From positions 1-64,000 of the IMG/VR virus record IMGVR_UViG_3300003654_000069: 64,000 nucleotides of DNA, one strand, 5' to 3'. The DNA comes from a virus. The notes under the pieces were generated by a model. The model did not search any database. It was given only the letters and a program-made list of their open reading frames with translations, and had not been told where the DNA came from. Shown one piece after another: positions 29,923-40,300 of this stretch. The position numbers and the translations under genes were made by a program. Numbering within the stretch: position 1 is the first letter of the stretch; every line of letters starts with the position of its first letter.

Positions 29923-32900
29923 TTATGTTACTCCAGGATATCCATAAGCTGCAGGATTATTTCCATATGGATCATCATATTCATTAAGCTCATCTGCTCT
30001 TTGATTACCCTTTGCAGAAATTCCATATGCATTATAAACAGCTCTTATAACCCCTGGATCAGTTATCTTATTCTCACTGATATATGACCCAGCTGCATCA
30101 AGTCTACCCTCTACACCTGATTTACGAGAAGTATTAAGTCCCTTACCTTGGTTATACCTAACATAACCTGTATGAGCATCTACCTGATAGGTCGGATCAA
30201 GGAAATTCAGAGCTTGTGTTTTACCCTTATTTGTCCATCCTTGTGTGAATTGTGCCAGTAACTCCTGATTAGCCTGTCTCTTGGAATTGTCAAACTGCTG
30301 TTTAAGAATTGTAGATGAATCCCATAGGTTTTTCTTAGATTCAGCATTTATAAGAGCAAATTTGTTTCTAGTATCAGCATTACCTTGTGCAAACTGATTG
30401 GCAACTCCAACATTCATAGCATCATACCTGGAAAGAGTATCAGCTTGTTGTTTTGCAATCTCACCAAACATTCTGGATGATTGTCCACTAAAACGCTGAG
30501 GACGGCCATATATACCAGCTGCTTTAGTACCAACTTGTAATTGTTCAATATTTGCTGCTAATGCTCTTGTAGGATCATAAAACCTAGGCTCAGCTAGATC
30601 CGGATGAACTGTAGGAGCCCATGGTTGATATGCTTTTAGTCCGAGTCTTACACCAGCTGCACCAGCTATATTAGCCACATCCTGAGTCCACCAGTTACCA
30701 TAAGGACTTGGTTGCCGATACATAGGATCATATGCTCGTTCAGGACCTGTAGTAGTGGTACCTGGAGTAGTAGTACCAGGTATCTTTGGAATACCACCAG
30801 GTGTTTTAGCTGTACTAGGAGCTGAAAATGTATGTTCTCCCATAAGTGAGTCAAATCCAGTACCTTTTTGTTTTTGCCCAAACCACGAAGGATTAAGTTT
30901 ATTATATTCCTCTTGAAACCAATGTGTATCTGATTGTCCTTTAGTTTTATCTTGACCAGAAACATCTCTACCTCTATATCTAGACCCTGGCTTCCATTTT
31001 CCTATAACAGTTTTATCGGTAGGATCAAAATCAGGTCTTTGTTCATATACCCATCCTTGCCTTCCCTTAAATTCTGCTTGCTGTTGTGGTGACCAAGTTA
31101 CATCTCCATATAAATTATGGCCACCACCAGGATTCGGAGATTGCGTTTCATCTCTTTCCCAACCAACAGTAGGTTCATTTTGAACATTAACTTTATACCC
31201 TGCTTCACCTTGTTCTTTCAGCCAAGCTACTGATCCCGGGGTGTATATACTCATAGTTGGTTTACCCCCTTTTGTTCCACTAGAAGTTACTGATTTTGCA
31301 GGTATAGTCCTTACAAGCTTTCCAGAAGCATCTTTTACTTCAACCCTACCATCAGGATATAGTGTACTAGTTGTTCCATCATTATACTTTGTAACTATAC
31401 CTCCTGGCTCATATTGAGTTAGGCCTCCACCATATTTTTTTAAAAAAGGATTTGCTGTTTGTAATTGTATAGTATCACCAACTGCAGGTTGTGGAGTTAC
31501 AGTCTGTGTGGGTGTAGTAGGATAGACTACAGGAGTCATTCCAGGAAATTCAGAAGATGTAGAAGTCTTTGCAGTATCAGATAATCCCTTTGTCCAAGCT
31601 TCTATAGCCACCATTTCTTCAGGAGTTAACTTTTTAGGAATACCAGGAGTTAAGGCCCATCCTGCTGCTAATGGTAGTAAAAGTCCCCGTCCTTTATAAG
31701 CAAGGTTTGCTGTCTCCAAAAGAGCTGCTGGAGTCGCCTTTGCCATATCCTTAACATATTTTATTGTACTGGTTGTAGCATCCTTTATCGCTTTAGTAGT
31801 TTTTAATGCAATTTTTTGTGTAATAGGGTGTGTAAGTATTTTACTACCAAGTTTAAAAGCACCTACTCCAAGATACATATTAGTATTTAGTCCAAGGTTT
31901 ACTGCTTTTGCTATATAGGGACTATCTTCTAAAAATCTTCCTGGTTGTGATGCCGCATCTCCAAATAATGGTACATCTTCACCTCTTTTTGCATCACCTA
32001 TTCCATAAACTATCTGAGTAAGTAATTTAGAAGGAGCTGCCATAACATTTCCCCAAGTAAACTCACTATGTTGGTAAGGTACAGCCGCTATCATTTTTTT
32101 TATCCTCTCTTCATTAAGTTGATGTGCCTTCTGTTTCCTCTTGTCTGTTTGTATTTCTTGCTCTATATTCTCCCTTTCTTGGTAGGTAAGTGGTCTCTTT
32201 TGCTTTTCTGCTAATGCCTTTATTTTTTCACCAGGAGCATAACTTTGATCAAGACGATGAGCAGCTTTAGCAGCAGCAATATTAGTATCACTAGCAGCGA
32301 TAGCATCATGGAAAGCAGCCATAGCATCATCCTGAGCAATTCTTTGATTTTCTTTATAAGTCTCAGAACCCTCTTCCCCCACATACTCACTACTCATAAA
32401 CGCCTTATAAGTAGTTTCGTAAGCCTCTCGTCCAATCGTTTGCCGATCATAATCACTGAGTGACGTTCTAGCTTTTTCAGCTTGAACAGCTTGAGCAACA
32501 GGATCATCATCCTTAGCTTTCCACTTAATACCTGCAGCTTCACTAGCCAAAAAAGACTTACGAGCATTCCTAGCAATAATACCAGCCATATCAACAGCAT
32601 CAGCATCAGCCTTAGCCTTATCCTTCATACGAGGATTAAAAGCAACCTTATAAGCTTCAGCATAAGCATTATCATAAACAGTCTGAGCAGCACTTTTTTC
32701 TACTACACTCTTTGTTTGATGCTTAGGTAATTGCATACCATATTTAGCCAGAGATATATCTTCATAATTTATATCTTCTGTTCGTTGAAAATTATCTACA
32801 AATGAGGTACCCATAGGAATACCACCAAAGTCAAAATATCCACCACCATATCTAGATATAGTTTCCTGAGGTTGCTGTTGTTGCTGAGGTTGTTGCTGAC

Positions 32901-33993
32901 CTTGTTGAGGAAGAAGTCTCTCCTTTTTAATACCCATCATAGACATATATGGTGTAGCAACTTCTGGTATTTCTTGAGGATATGCTTTTTTAGATTCTGA
33001 GGCAAGAGCTAACATGGCCAATTTTATGTTATAATTCTTTATCATCTGCTCTGCTGTTTCTCTTTGCAAATCATCAGAATTAGGATTTGCAAGAACTGCT
33101 CTATAATAGTTTATATCATACTGCTTTGCCAGTTCTGCTGGTGTGTACTTCTTCTTTGTATCTTCAGGCTTACCGAAATATCTCAGAATAGGACCTCCAA
33201 TTTCCATCTTCTTTGTATCAGAAAAGATAAAGGTACCTTCTTGTGCTTTCAAAGGTACTCCACCATGTGTATGACGAGGACCAGTAATATTAAAATGAGC
33301 AGGTAGACCTCCCTGATTAGGAACAAACATAGTTTCTCCACCTTCTGCTTCAATATTAGGATTTTCATAATTAGGCATGATAGAACTACGAACACCAGAT
33401 GCTGAATTACCACCATTAGAACTAGGCTGTTGACGAGCATGGTCAAAAGAACCTACTCTGGTATTTCCACCATGACCATATCTGGTTAGAGCACCACCAT
33501 ATTTTCCAACTGCTGAAAAAGTACCTTGATGACCTGCATCCTTAGATAAACCAAGATTAGGATATAAATCACCACGTTCACTCAATTTCTTTGAGTTATC
33601 TGCCAGTAAGTTTCCAAATTGATCTTTAAATGCTTGTTTTGCATCAGCCTTCTGGCCAGTAAGACCATATACTCCAGCCGTAACCGAGTCTGTAATATTA
33701 ATTGCCAAATCAGAATCCCATGTTCTACCAAATATATTTTCCACCTTTACATCAGTCTGTCCTGCAGGAGTACCTGCCGGTAATGGTACTCCTGTTAATT
33801 GTGCTGCTTTTGCTGCTTCTGCTGCTTCATAATCTTTTGCTGCTTCTGCTTGTAAATCTTCTTCTTGTTGTACAGAAGTGTTAAACTTACCAACTTGACT
33901 ATTCAATTGAAACTTGGGTAAACCTGTTATCCGAACAAGCTTTCCTCCACCAGAATAGTTTGGAAGTTTTATAATTTTTACTCTTTTGACCAT
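29923..33993 (-). CDS. 1356-aa Gly/Gln/Ala-rich internal or ejection-type protein
   Basis: Long ORF with repeated YGG / LPK[FH]Q motifs, a poly-Q tract (QQGQQQPQQQQQPQ), hydrophobic segments (LLLPLAAGWALTPGI) and a GPRHTHGG motif of unknown meaning. Confidence 0.85.
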   Translation of the reverse strand: MVKRVKIIKLPNYSGGGKLVRITGLPKFQLNSQVGKFNTSVQQEEDLQAEAAKDYEAAEAAKAAQLTGVPLPAGTPAGQTDVKVENIFGRTWDSDLAINITDSVTAGVYGLTGQKADAKQAFKDQFGNLLADNSKKLSERGDLYPNLGLSKDAGHQGTFSAVGKYGGALTRYGHGGNTRVGSFDHARQQPSSNGGNSASGVRSSIMPNYENPNIEAEGGETMFVPNQGGLPAHFNITGPRHTHGGVPLKAQEGTFIFSDTKKMEIGGPILRYFGKPEDTKKKYTPAELAKQYDINYYRAVLANPNSDDLQRETAEQMIKNYNIKLAMLALASESKKAYPQEIPEVATPYMSMMGIKKERLLPQQGQQQPQQQQQPQETISRYGGGYFDFGGIPMGTSFVDNFQRTEDINYEDISLAKYGMQLPKHQTKSVVEKSAAQTVYDNAYAEAYKVAFNPRMKDKAKADADAVDMAGIIARNARKSFLASEAAGIKWKAKDDDPVAQAVQAEKARTSLSDYDRQTIGREAYETTYKAFMSSEYVGEEGSETYKENQRIAQDDAMAAFHDAIAASDTNIAAAKAAHRLDQSYAPGEKIKALAEKQKRPLTYQERENIEQEIQTDKRKQKAHQLNEERIKKMIAAVPYQHSEFTWGNVMAAPSKLLTQIVYGIGDAKRGEDVPLFGDAASQPGRFLEDSPYIAKAVNLGLNTNMYLGVGAFKLGSKILTHPITQKIALKTTKAIKDATTSTIKYVKDMAKATPAALLETANLAYKGRGLLLPLAAGWALTPGIPKKLTPEEMVAIEAWTKGLSDTAKTSTSSEFPGMTPVVYPTTPTQTVTPQPAVGDTIQLQTANPFLKKYGGGLTQYEPGGIVTKYNDGTTSTLYPDGRVEVKDASGKLVRTIPAKSVTSSGTKGGKPTMSIYTPGSVAWLKEQGEAGYKVNVQNEPTVGWERDETQSPNPGGGHNLYGDVTWSPQQQAEFKGRQGWVYEQRPDFDPTDKTVIGKWKPGSRYRGRDVSGQDKTKGQSDTHWFQEEYNKLNPSWFGQKQKGTGFDSLMGEHTFSAPSTAKTPGGIPKIPGTTTPGTTTTGPERAYDPMYRQPSPYGNWWTQDVANIAGAAGVRLGLKAYQPWAPTVHPDLAEPRFYDPTRALAANIEQLQVGTKAAGIYGRPQRFSGQSSRMFGEIAKQQADTLSRYDAMNVGVANQFAQGNADTRNKFALINAESKKNLWDSSTILKQQFDNSKRQANQELLAQFTQGWTNKGKTQALNFLDPTYQVDAHTGYVRYNQGKGLNTSRKSGVEGRLDAAGSYISENKITDPGVIRAVYNAYGISAKGNQRADELNEYDDPYGNNPAAYGYPGVT

Positions 33994-34005
33994 ATTGATT
34001 AAGTA

Positions 34006-37000
34006 TTAAACATATTCTACTTTACCACCAGCTGCAAGTATTCTTTCTATCTCGCCACCTTCAAGATATATTACCTGTCCTTTCTTGTATTTAGGAAGAG
34101 GCCTTCTACGTTTACCATAAGATCCACCATGAGCATAATTTCCTTCACTATAAGGATCATATGAAGTTTCACTCTCATCATAATATTGAGCATCAGCATC
34201 GGGAGTTCCTTGTGGTTCATGTGGTTTCCAAGAAAAAGACCTAGAAGTTTTTCCTGTTAGAGTACCTGGAGTTAATCCTAGTCTTTTCTCTTCTTTCTCC
34301 ATATACTTAATCTCTTTCGGACTTGTTGGAGGACTTGCTTTATAAAGCTCAGGATTTTCCCTCCAGTGTTTATCAGCAGCACTAATAGGACGAGCATAAG
34401 GATTTTGCATAAATTCTGCCATTTTTACCTCTTTCTCACCTGGAGGAAGTGGTGGTTGACCAAAAGGATACTCTGGTTTACCAAAATAATCTTCTTGCAC
34501 TGGTTGTCCTGTGAATCTTTGAAGATTCTCAGTAGCTGGGTCACCTGTAAGCATATTTTCAACTGGTTGTCCGATAAAATTACCCTCAGCATCATAAAGC
34601 TTAGCTTGAGTAGCATTATAAGCAGCAGTACCAGCAGCTTGAGCACCCTCAATGTCACCAGGATTAGCCTTTAGATGAGCATTACGAGCAGTATCATACT
34701 CAAAATTTTCAGGATCCACTTCACCTTCTTGTGAAATAGGAGCATTTCCATCTATGGTAGTATATCCATCAGGGTTTCTAGTATTAGCAGCAATACGAGC
34801 ATTTTCTGCAGCTTGAGTACGAATTGCCGTAGCATCATAACCAGCATCAGTAGAAGGATTATAAGTATTAGGTGCTTCTGAAACAACTGGAGTATCAAAA
34901 GGACCAGGATCTCCTTTACCAGGAAACCCGTGTTTCCATGTTTCTTGTTGGTCAGGACTCATATTATCCCAAGCTTCTACTGTAATTCCAGGATTAAGTA
35001 ACTCATCTTCTTTAGGAACTACTACAGGAGCTTCTGGTACCCCTGTATTCTTCCAACCTGATTGTCCAGCATTCTGCTGCATATCTGTTAGCCATTGATT
35101 AGCCTCATCTGCAGTAGTTGCTCTATTAAGTAAAGGATTTGTATTAGTACTTGCAGTAGTACCTGTATTAGGAGTACCTGTATTAGGAGTACCTGCATTT
35201 ACAGCAGCTGCATTTGGAGTAACTGTATTTGAAGCTGTTGTAGGTGATCCTGTTTGCCACGGATAAGCAAATGTTGCTTCTTCCGATTTAATACCTCTAC
35301 CAATTCTTCGTTTTGTCGTCTTATATGAAGTCAAATATGGATTTGTTTTCTGCATTGCTGCTAAGCGTTGCACAGGAGTCATGTCTCGGAACTGATTTCG
35401 ATTCCCAGTCCATCCGGAAAAAGGATTTCCAACACCCTGTTGCTTTCCACCAATATAGATATTTTGTTTTCTTATATATGGTTGACTAGTTGAAGGATAC
35501 CAATTACTCCAACCACCACTAACAGGATTGAAAAATCCCTGGTTATAATTTCCCTGGTGTCTTTGATTGGTTGAACCTGAGAAATCTCCTTTAGACCATT
35601 TATCCCACTGGGCCCACTGCTCATTTGTTAAAGGAGTTCTTGGTGTATTTTGATCATCCCAGTATTTTTTATAAAAAGCGGCATCTTTTACAACTGGACC
35701 TTGTGGAATCATAGTTTTACTATCTTGAGCTTTAGGAAGAGAATATCCAAATCTAGCTTGTGTATTAAGATAATCTCCCATTTTCTTATCATAACCACGT
35801 GCAAATAATTTAGTAAATGGATTTCTAATATTTGCTTTCTGGTTTATATCAGCCATATTCTGACCATACATATCAAGCATATCTTTTGATTGCTGACTAA
35901 AACCAGGTTGATTAGTATATCCAAAATTAGCTCTTGGAATCCATCCACCGTTCCTACCCTGTGCAATAGCCATATTCTGACCCATATCTTGTCCTATACC
36001 TTCATTACCCATATCCTGATAAGTAGTATCTTCTGTAGGAGGATTAATCATATTATTATACTGTGCCAACTCAGACCCCTCATCTAATAAAGCTAGAAAG
36101 TTATCTCCTCTACTTTTTGACAGTTCTGAAATTGATTCATCATTGGTACCACCAGCTCCATACTTAGTACCACCGCATCCAAAACAAGGAGCTCCTCCTC
36201 TTTTAAGTTTACCTTCTCGTTCTGGATTCATTTCCAGTTCGTGTTTTTTCAATAACTTTATCAGTCTTGTTTGACTTTTCTTAGTAGCTGTTTTTGGATA
36301 GTCCATATGCATTCCATGGAGTTTCATTATTTCATCATAAGAGCCTCCCATACCAAAGTACTGAGGACCTGGGCTTCCTCCAAAGTTAGATATCTCACTC
36401 ATAGTAGGTTGCTGAGGATAAGCCGAAAAAGTTGGAAATCCACCATTAGAAAATTGCTTACCAGTATTAGGATCAATTTTAAACGGAGGAGTTATGTTAT
36501 TTATACTGTCTCTCTGTGATTTATTAATTATTGAATTAATATAATCTTGATGGAGCATATCTTTCATCTGTTTCTTATACATATCCATTGTAGGACTAAG
36601 CCCTGACTGACCTGGAATAAAACCAGGAGGAAATTCAGATATACCTGTCTCAGGATTCATTACAGCATCAGGTGCTCCTTGTGGTCCTACTATACTTTGA
36701 ATCTGATGTTTAGGAAGCATATGTCTAGGCATACCACCATTTCGAAAACTACCTTGTTCCTGTGGTTGTCCTTGTGGTTGTCCTTGTGGTTGTCCTTGTG
36801 GTTGTCCTTGTGCCTGTGCCATTACTTCTTCAATCATTGGTTCAACTTGCTCTTGAGGCATTCCTAATTGAACAAATATTTGAAGAATTATCTCAGGTGG
36901 CATTTCAGATTGTAACAATTGCATTATAACATCTTGTGGTTGTGCATTTGGTTGCTTTAACATTTGTTGTACCTGTTTCATCACTTGTTGCATCTGTTGT

Positions 37001-37332
37001 TCTTGTCCTTGCCCCTGTTCTTGCTGTACTTGTCCTGTTTCCTGATATTTTGGCATTCCTCCATAAGCAAAGCTACCACCCTGATAAGGAGCTGGAACAT
37101 TTTGATAAGCCGGAGAAAAGAATCCTCTTTCTGATTGAATCTGAGGATACATCTTTGGTGTTCCACCCATAGCCATTATATAATCTTGTTCTGTACCATA
37201 CTTGGCATAAAACTGTTGTTCAGTCCCACCAAATTTAGCGAGAATGAGTTCTTTTTGTGATTGGGGTTTTCTTTTAGGCATAATTTTAGGTATAATATTT
37301 TGTAAAGTTACGAATTTAATTGATCTAACCAA
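34006..37332 (-). CDS. 1108-aa low-complexity (Q/P/G/N-rich) internal or ejection-type protein
   Basis: Long ORF. The start may instead be the MPKRKP Met at 37281, which would remove the 25-nt overlap with the upstream gene. It contains (QGQP)4 and several GG...LPK[YHA]Q motifs. Confidence 0.85.
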   Translation of the reverse strand: MVRSIKFVTLQNIIPKIMPKRKPQSQKELILAKFGGTEQQFYAKYGTEQDYIMAMGGTPKMYPQIQSERGFFSPAYQNVPAPYQGGSFAYGGMPKYQETGQVQQEQGQGQEQQMQQVMKQVQQMLKQPNAQPQDVIMQLLQSEMPPEIILQIFVQLGMPQEQVEPMIEEVMAQAQGQPQGQPQGQPQGQPQEQGSFRNGGMPRHMLPKHQIQSIVGPQGAPDAVMNPETGISEFPPGFIPGQSGLSPTMDMYKKQMKDMLHQDYINSIINKSQRDSINNITPPFKIDPNTGKQFSNGGFPTFSAYPQQPTMSEISNFGGSPGPQYFGMGGSYDEIMKLHGMHMDYPKTATKKSQTRLIKLLKKHELEMNPEREGKLKRGGAPCFGCGGTKYGAGGTNDESISELSKSRGDNFLALLDEGSELAQYNNMINPPTEDTTYQDMGNEGIGQDMGQNMAIAQGRNGGWIPRANFGYTNQPGFSQQSKDMLDMYGQNMADINQKANIRNPFTKLFARGYDKKMGDYLNTQARFGYSLPKAQDSKTMIPQGPVVKDAAFYKKYWDDQNTPRTPLTNEQWAQWDKWSKGDFSGSTNQRHQGNYNQGFFNPVSGGWSNWYPSTSQPYIRKQNIYIGGKQQGVGNPFSGWTGNRNQFRDMTPVQRLAAMQKTNPYLTSYKTTKRRIGRGIKSEEATFAYPWQTGSPTTASNTVTPNAAAVNAGTPNTGTPNTGTTASTNTNPLLNRATTADEANQWLTDMQQNAGQSGWKNTGVPEAPVVVPKEDELLNPGITVEAWDNMSPDQQETWKHGFPGKGDPGPFDTPVVSEAPNTYNPSTDAGYDATAIRTQAAENARIAANTRNPDGYTTIDGNAPISQEGEVDPENFEYDTARNAHLKANPGDIEGAQAAGTAAYNATQAKLYDAEGNFIGQPVENMLTGDPATENLQRFTGQPVQEDYFGKPEYPFGQPPLPPGEKEVKMAEFMQNPYARPISAADKHWRENPELYKASPPTSPKEIKYMEKEEKRLGLTPGTLTGKTSRSFSWKPHEPQGTPDADAQYYDESETSYDPYSEGNYAHGGSYGKRRRPLPKYKKGQVIYLEGGEIERILAAGGKVEYV
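36761..36808 (-). repeat. perfect 12-nt x 4 tandem repeat (TGTGGTTGTCCT on the plus strand) encoding (QGQP)4
   Basis: Read directly from the sequence. The repeat is in frame, so copy-number slippage would preserve the reading frame. Confidence 0.95.
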
Positions 37333-40300
37333 CGATTGTGTTGAAATTTAACAGGTAAATCTAACGAACCACCATATTTCTTTTTCTTTAATTTAGCTAT
37401 TTTACTATCAGGAATATATTTCTTTGTTTTTGGATCAAAATAGAATCTATCATAAATTTTAAATGGGTAACCAGCTTTATGCATTAATGATGATTGTATA
37501 TAAGATACTGCTTTATCAGCAGAAGAATGCTCCCACCATTTTTCAGTATAGTGTTCAGGGGAAAAATCCCAAGCATCTGAAATAGACATATATGGTAAAT
37601 TCCTCTCATGATCCCAACCCATACCAATTTTATGTGATGCAATATTTATACTTAACATATCTGATAATATACTGTTGTGGGTATCTGGTAAAAATATTGG
37701 TTTTTTTGTTTTTATAAAATTATTATATATTTTACTTGTCTCTTCTTCATTTGGAGCTACTGTATCATTATCAACTCGTCCAATTAGGATATTATCAATT
37801 TGTCTAGATAGTTGATCATTTCTCCATTCTTTATTATCATTATCTGATACTTCTAAAATTTTATCAAAATTACTTTTAATACTATATGAAGGTAAAAATG
37901 TTAAATAATCATCTATAGGTGTATATATTGATTTTGGATATAATGGTTTTTCTGAAAAATATTGATCTAGCATTGTTACTTTATCCTCATCTCCCTTAAT
38001 AAGTACACCACTTTCAAATGTCCTCATATTACTACCTGTATAATCTCCTTTTGGCACTGTAGGATCTATAAGAGCTGCCATATCATCGTATGATCTAGAT
38101 GCCATCGGACTTTGCCCAGCAATTTCTTTTGCTTTCTTTTTTATATAATCACCAAGAATTGGTACTTTATGCATCCAGGGATTTTCATATACCATATCTT
38201 GTTTCCAATCACCAGTTGTTAAACCTTTTATAATTGGTGGATTATAGTATGCATATTCTTCAGATGTAGGAATAGGAGTTACTCCATAGGTAGCTGCAGT
38301 AGGAAGAGGTACTTCAGGAGTAGTTTTCATAGAACTAGGATCCCATTTATATTCTCCTTTAGTTTGAAATTCAGGTAATTCATCTAGCCAATTTGTTGAA
38401 ATAGAACCTCCATACTTTTTCTTAACACCATGTTCTTGTATAAACTTTTTTATTCCTTCAACCTTCTCTGCAGTTAATTGTTGCTGTGTTCCTGGTTTCC
38501 ATTCTAATACTAGATCACTGTATTCAAGTTTTCCTCTCTGCCTCTTGACATTATTAACATAACCAATATCATTCTTAGGAAGATAATAATTAACAAATTC
38601 GGAACTAAGTGCTTTACCAGGAGCATTATGCATAAGTGTTGTTAAATCAATAATCTGATCCTCTGTATAGGTAGGATATCTCTCCTTCATCCTATGATAG
38701 TTATCAATCGCTAGATTCATGGATGATACAAACTGATTTTCCGGAGTGTTAAAAGTATTACCATGATGCCTTCCTCTCTTGGATAAATCTTTCTGTTGAA
38801 ACATACCTTTACTTTTGGGACTATTATAAAATATCCACTCTCTGGTCTTACTATCTAATATATGATTCTTCTTAGAATCAAGGTATTTTCTAAATTTTTC
38901 AAGGCTATCATGGTTATTTTGAACACCATCTGCATTATCATTCCAATAAGCCTGAATCCAATTATCATCCTCTTTTCCGAATACCTCTTTCTTAATCCAT
39001 TTTACTGTATCAGAAGCTGCTGCTTTTCTGGCAGTTGGTAAAGCAGAATCAGGTACTAATGATGTTAAAAAACCCTCATCTGTTCCAAACTTAGATTCCT
39101 GACCTGCAATTCCTATCATATTATGAAAAAGCTTATCTAGCACAGCTGGTGGAAGATTAGATCCTTTTCCTAACTTCTCATAATTCTTATTATAATATGT
39201 TAGTAATAAGTTAGCTTCAGGGAATAATATTGCCTTCTTTATTTTAGGACTATGAATATTAAACCTATCTTCCGGAGTTGTATCTTTAGGAGATCCGCTT
39301 GTAACATTTTTAATAGCAGATTTTTTTCCCTTGTAGAGATGAGCATAATCATTCTTTCCATCCATAATGGCCTTCTCAGCTTTTGTTATTTCTGTTCTTA
39401 TATAAACCTGTTCTGGATCATATCGGTTTACAAACAAACCATTATAACCATAACCAAGATAATCTCCACTCTGCGGGGTATTATAAAGCTCTATCAATTT
39501 TTGCTCTGATACAGTCTCAGTTTCCCATATGTCCATACCCGCATTATCACCAATTCTATACCGGGTAGGTCTACCATCATCGAATATGATTTTCTCCAGA
39601 ATCACTTTTGCATGAGTTGGAACCTTGTTATTTTTATTTTGTGGTGTTATTGCATAATCAAGTCTACCTACTTTAGATACCCGTTCTGCTGACATTGTCC
39701 ATTGAAGTATATCTCCAACTTCAAAACCCTCATCATTAGGATTTATGTCATAGTAACCCTCTTTTCCTAACTGACCATGAAATTTTTGATTTCCTGTATA
39801 ATTCTCAGTGAAATCTTTATCTGTTATTTGTTCAATTGCAGTACATACTCCGTTTATACAGTTCATGTGCGGATATTTCTTTTTAAAATCACTTGATATA
39901 TATGGACTCTTCTTATTAATATCTTGCCAATTATCCGTAATTGCTTTCCTGTAATCCAGAGCTTGTTGACTAGGAGGCCTTACAGTATTTACATCATCTG
40001 TACTGAGTGGTTCTTGATCAACTTCAGATAAAGAACCACCCGTGTCATATCTATCTAACCAATTTGAAGTTGATCCACCATACATAAATTTAGTGGTTTT
40101 ATGAGCTCGTTTTTTAAATTTATAATTACCCGTAATTATATCTTGACCAAGTTCTTCAGAATTGCTTATAGCATTCTCTTTTGTAGTGGGATGCCACCAG
40201 CCTTCTGTAACTAATCCATACCTATTAGATTTTGTATCATAATAATATTGTTTTTTGGGGTCACTTTTAGATTTAATTACTGGTAGCTCTTGTGATATCT

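Noticed and set aside
33702-33884. Plus-strand ORF with a poly-Leu run
   Set aside because: It is antisense to the Ala/Glu/Gln-rich N-terminal region of the 1356-aa gene. It is a low-complexity shadow frame.
36761-36808. Short tandem repeat considered as a possible CRISPR-like or regulatory array
   Set aside because: It has only four contiguous 12-nt units with no spacers. It lies in frame inside a long ORF and encodes (QGQP)4.
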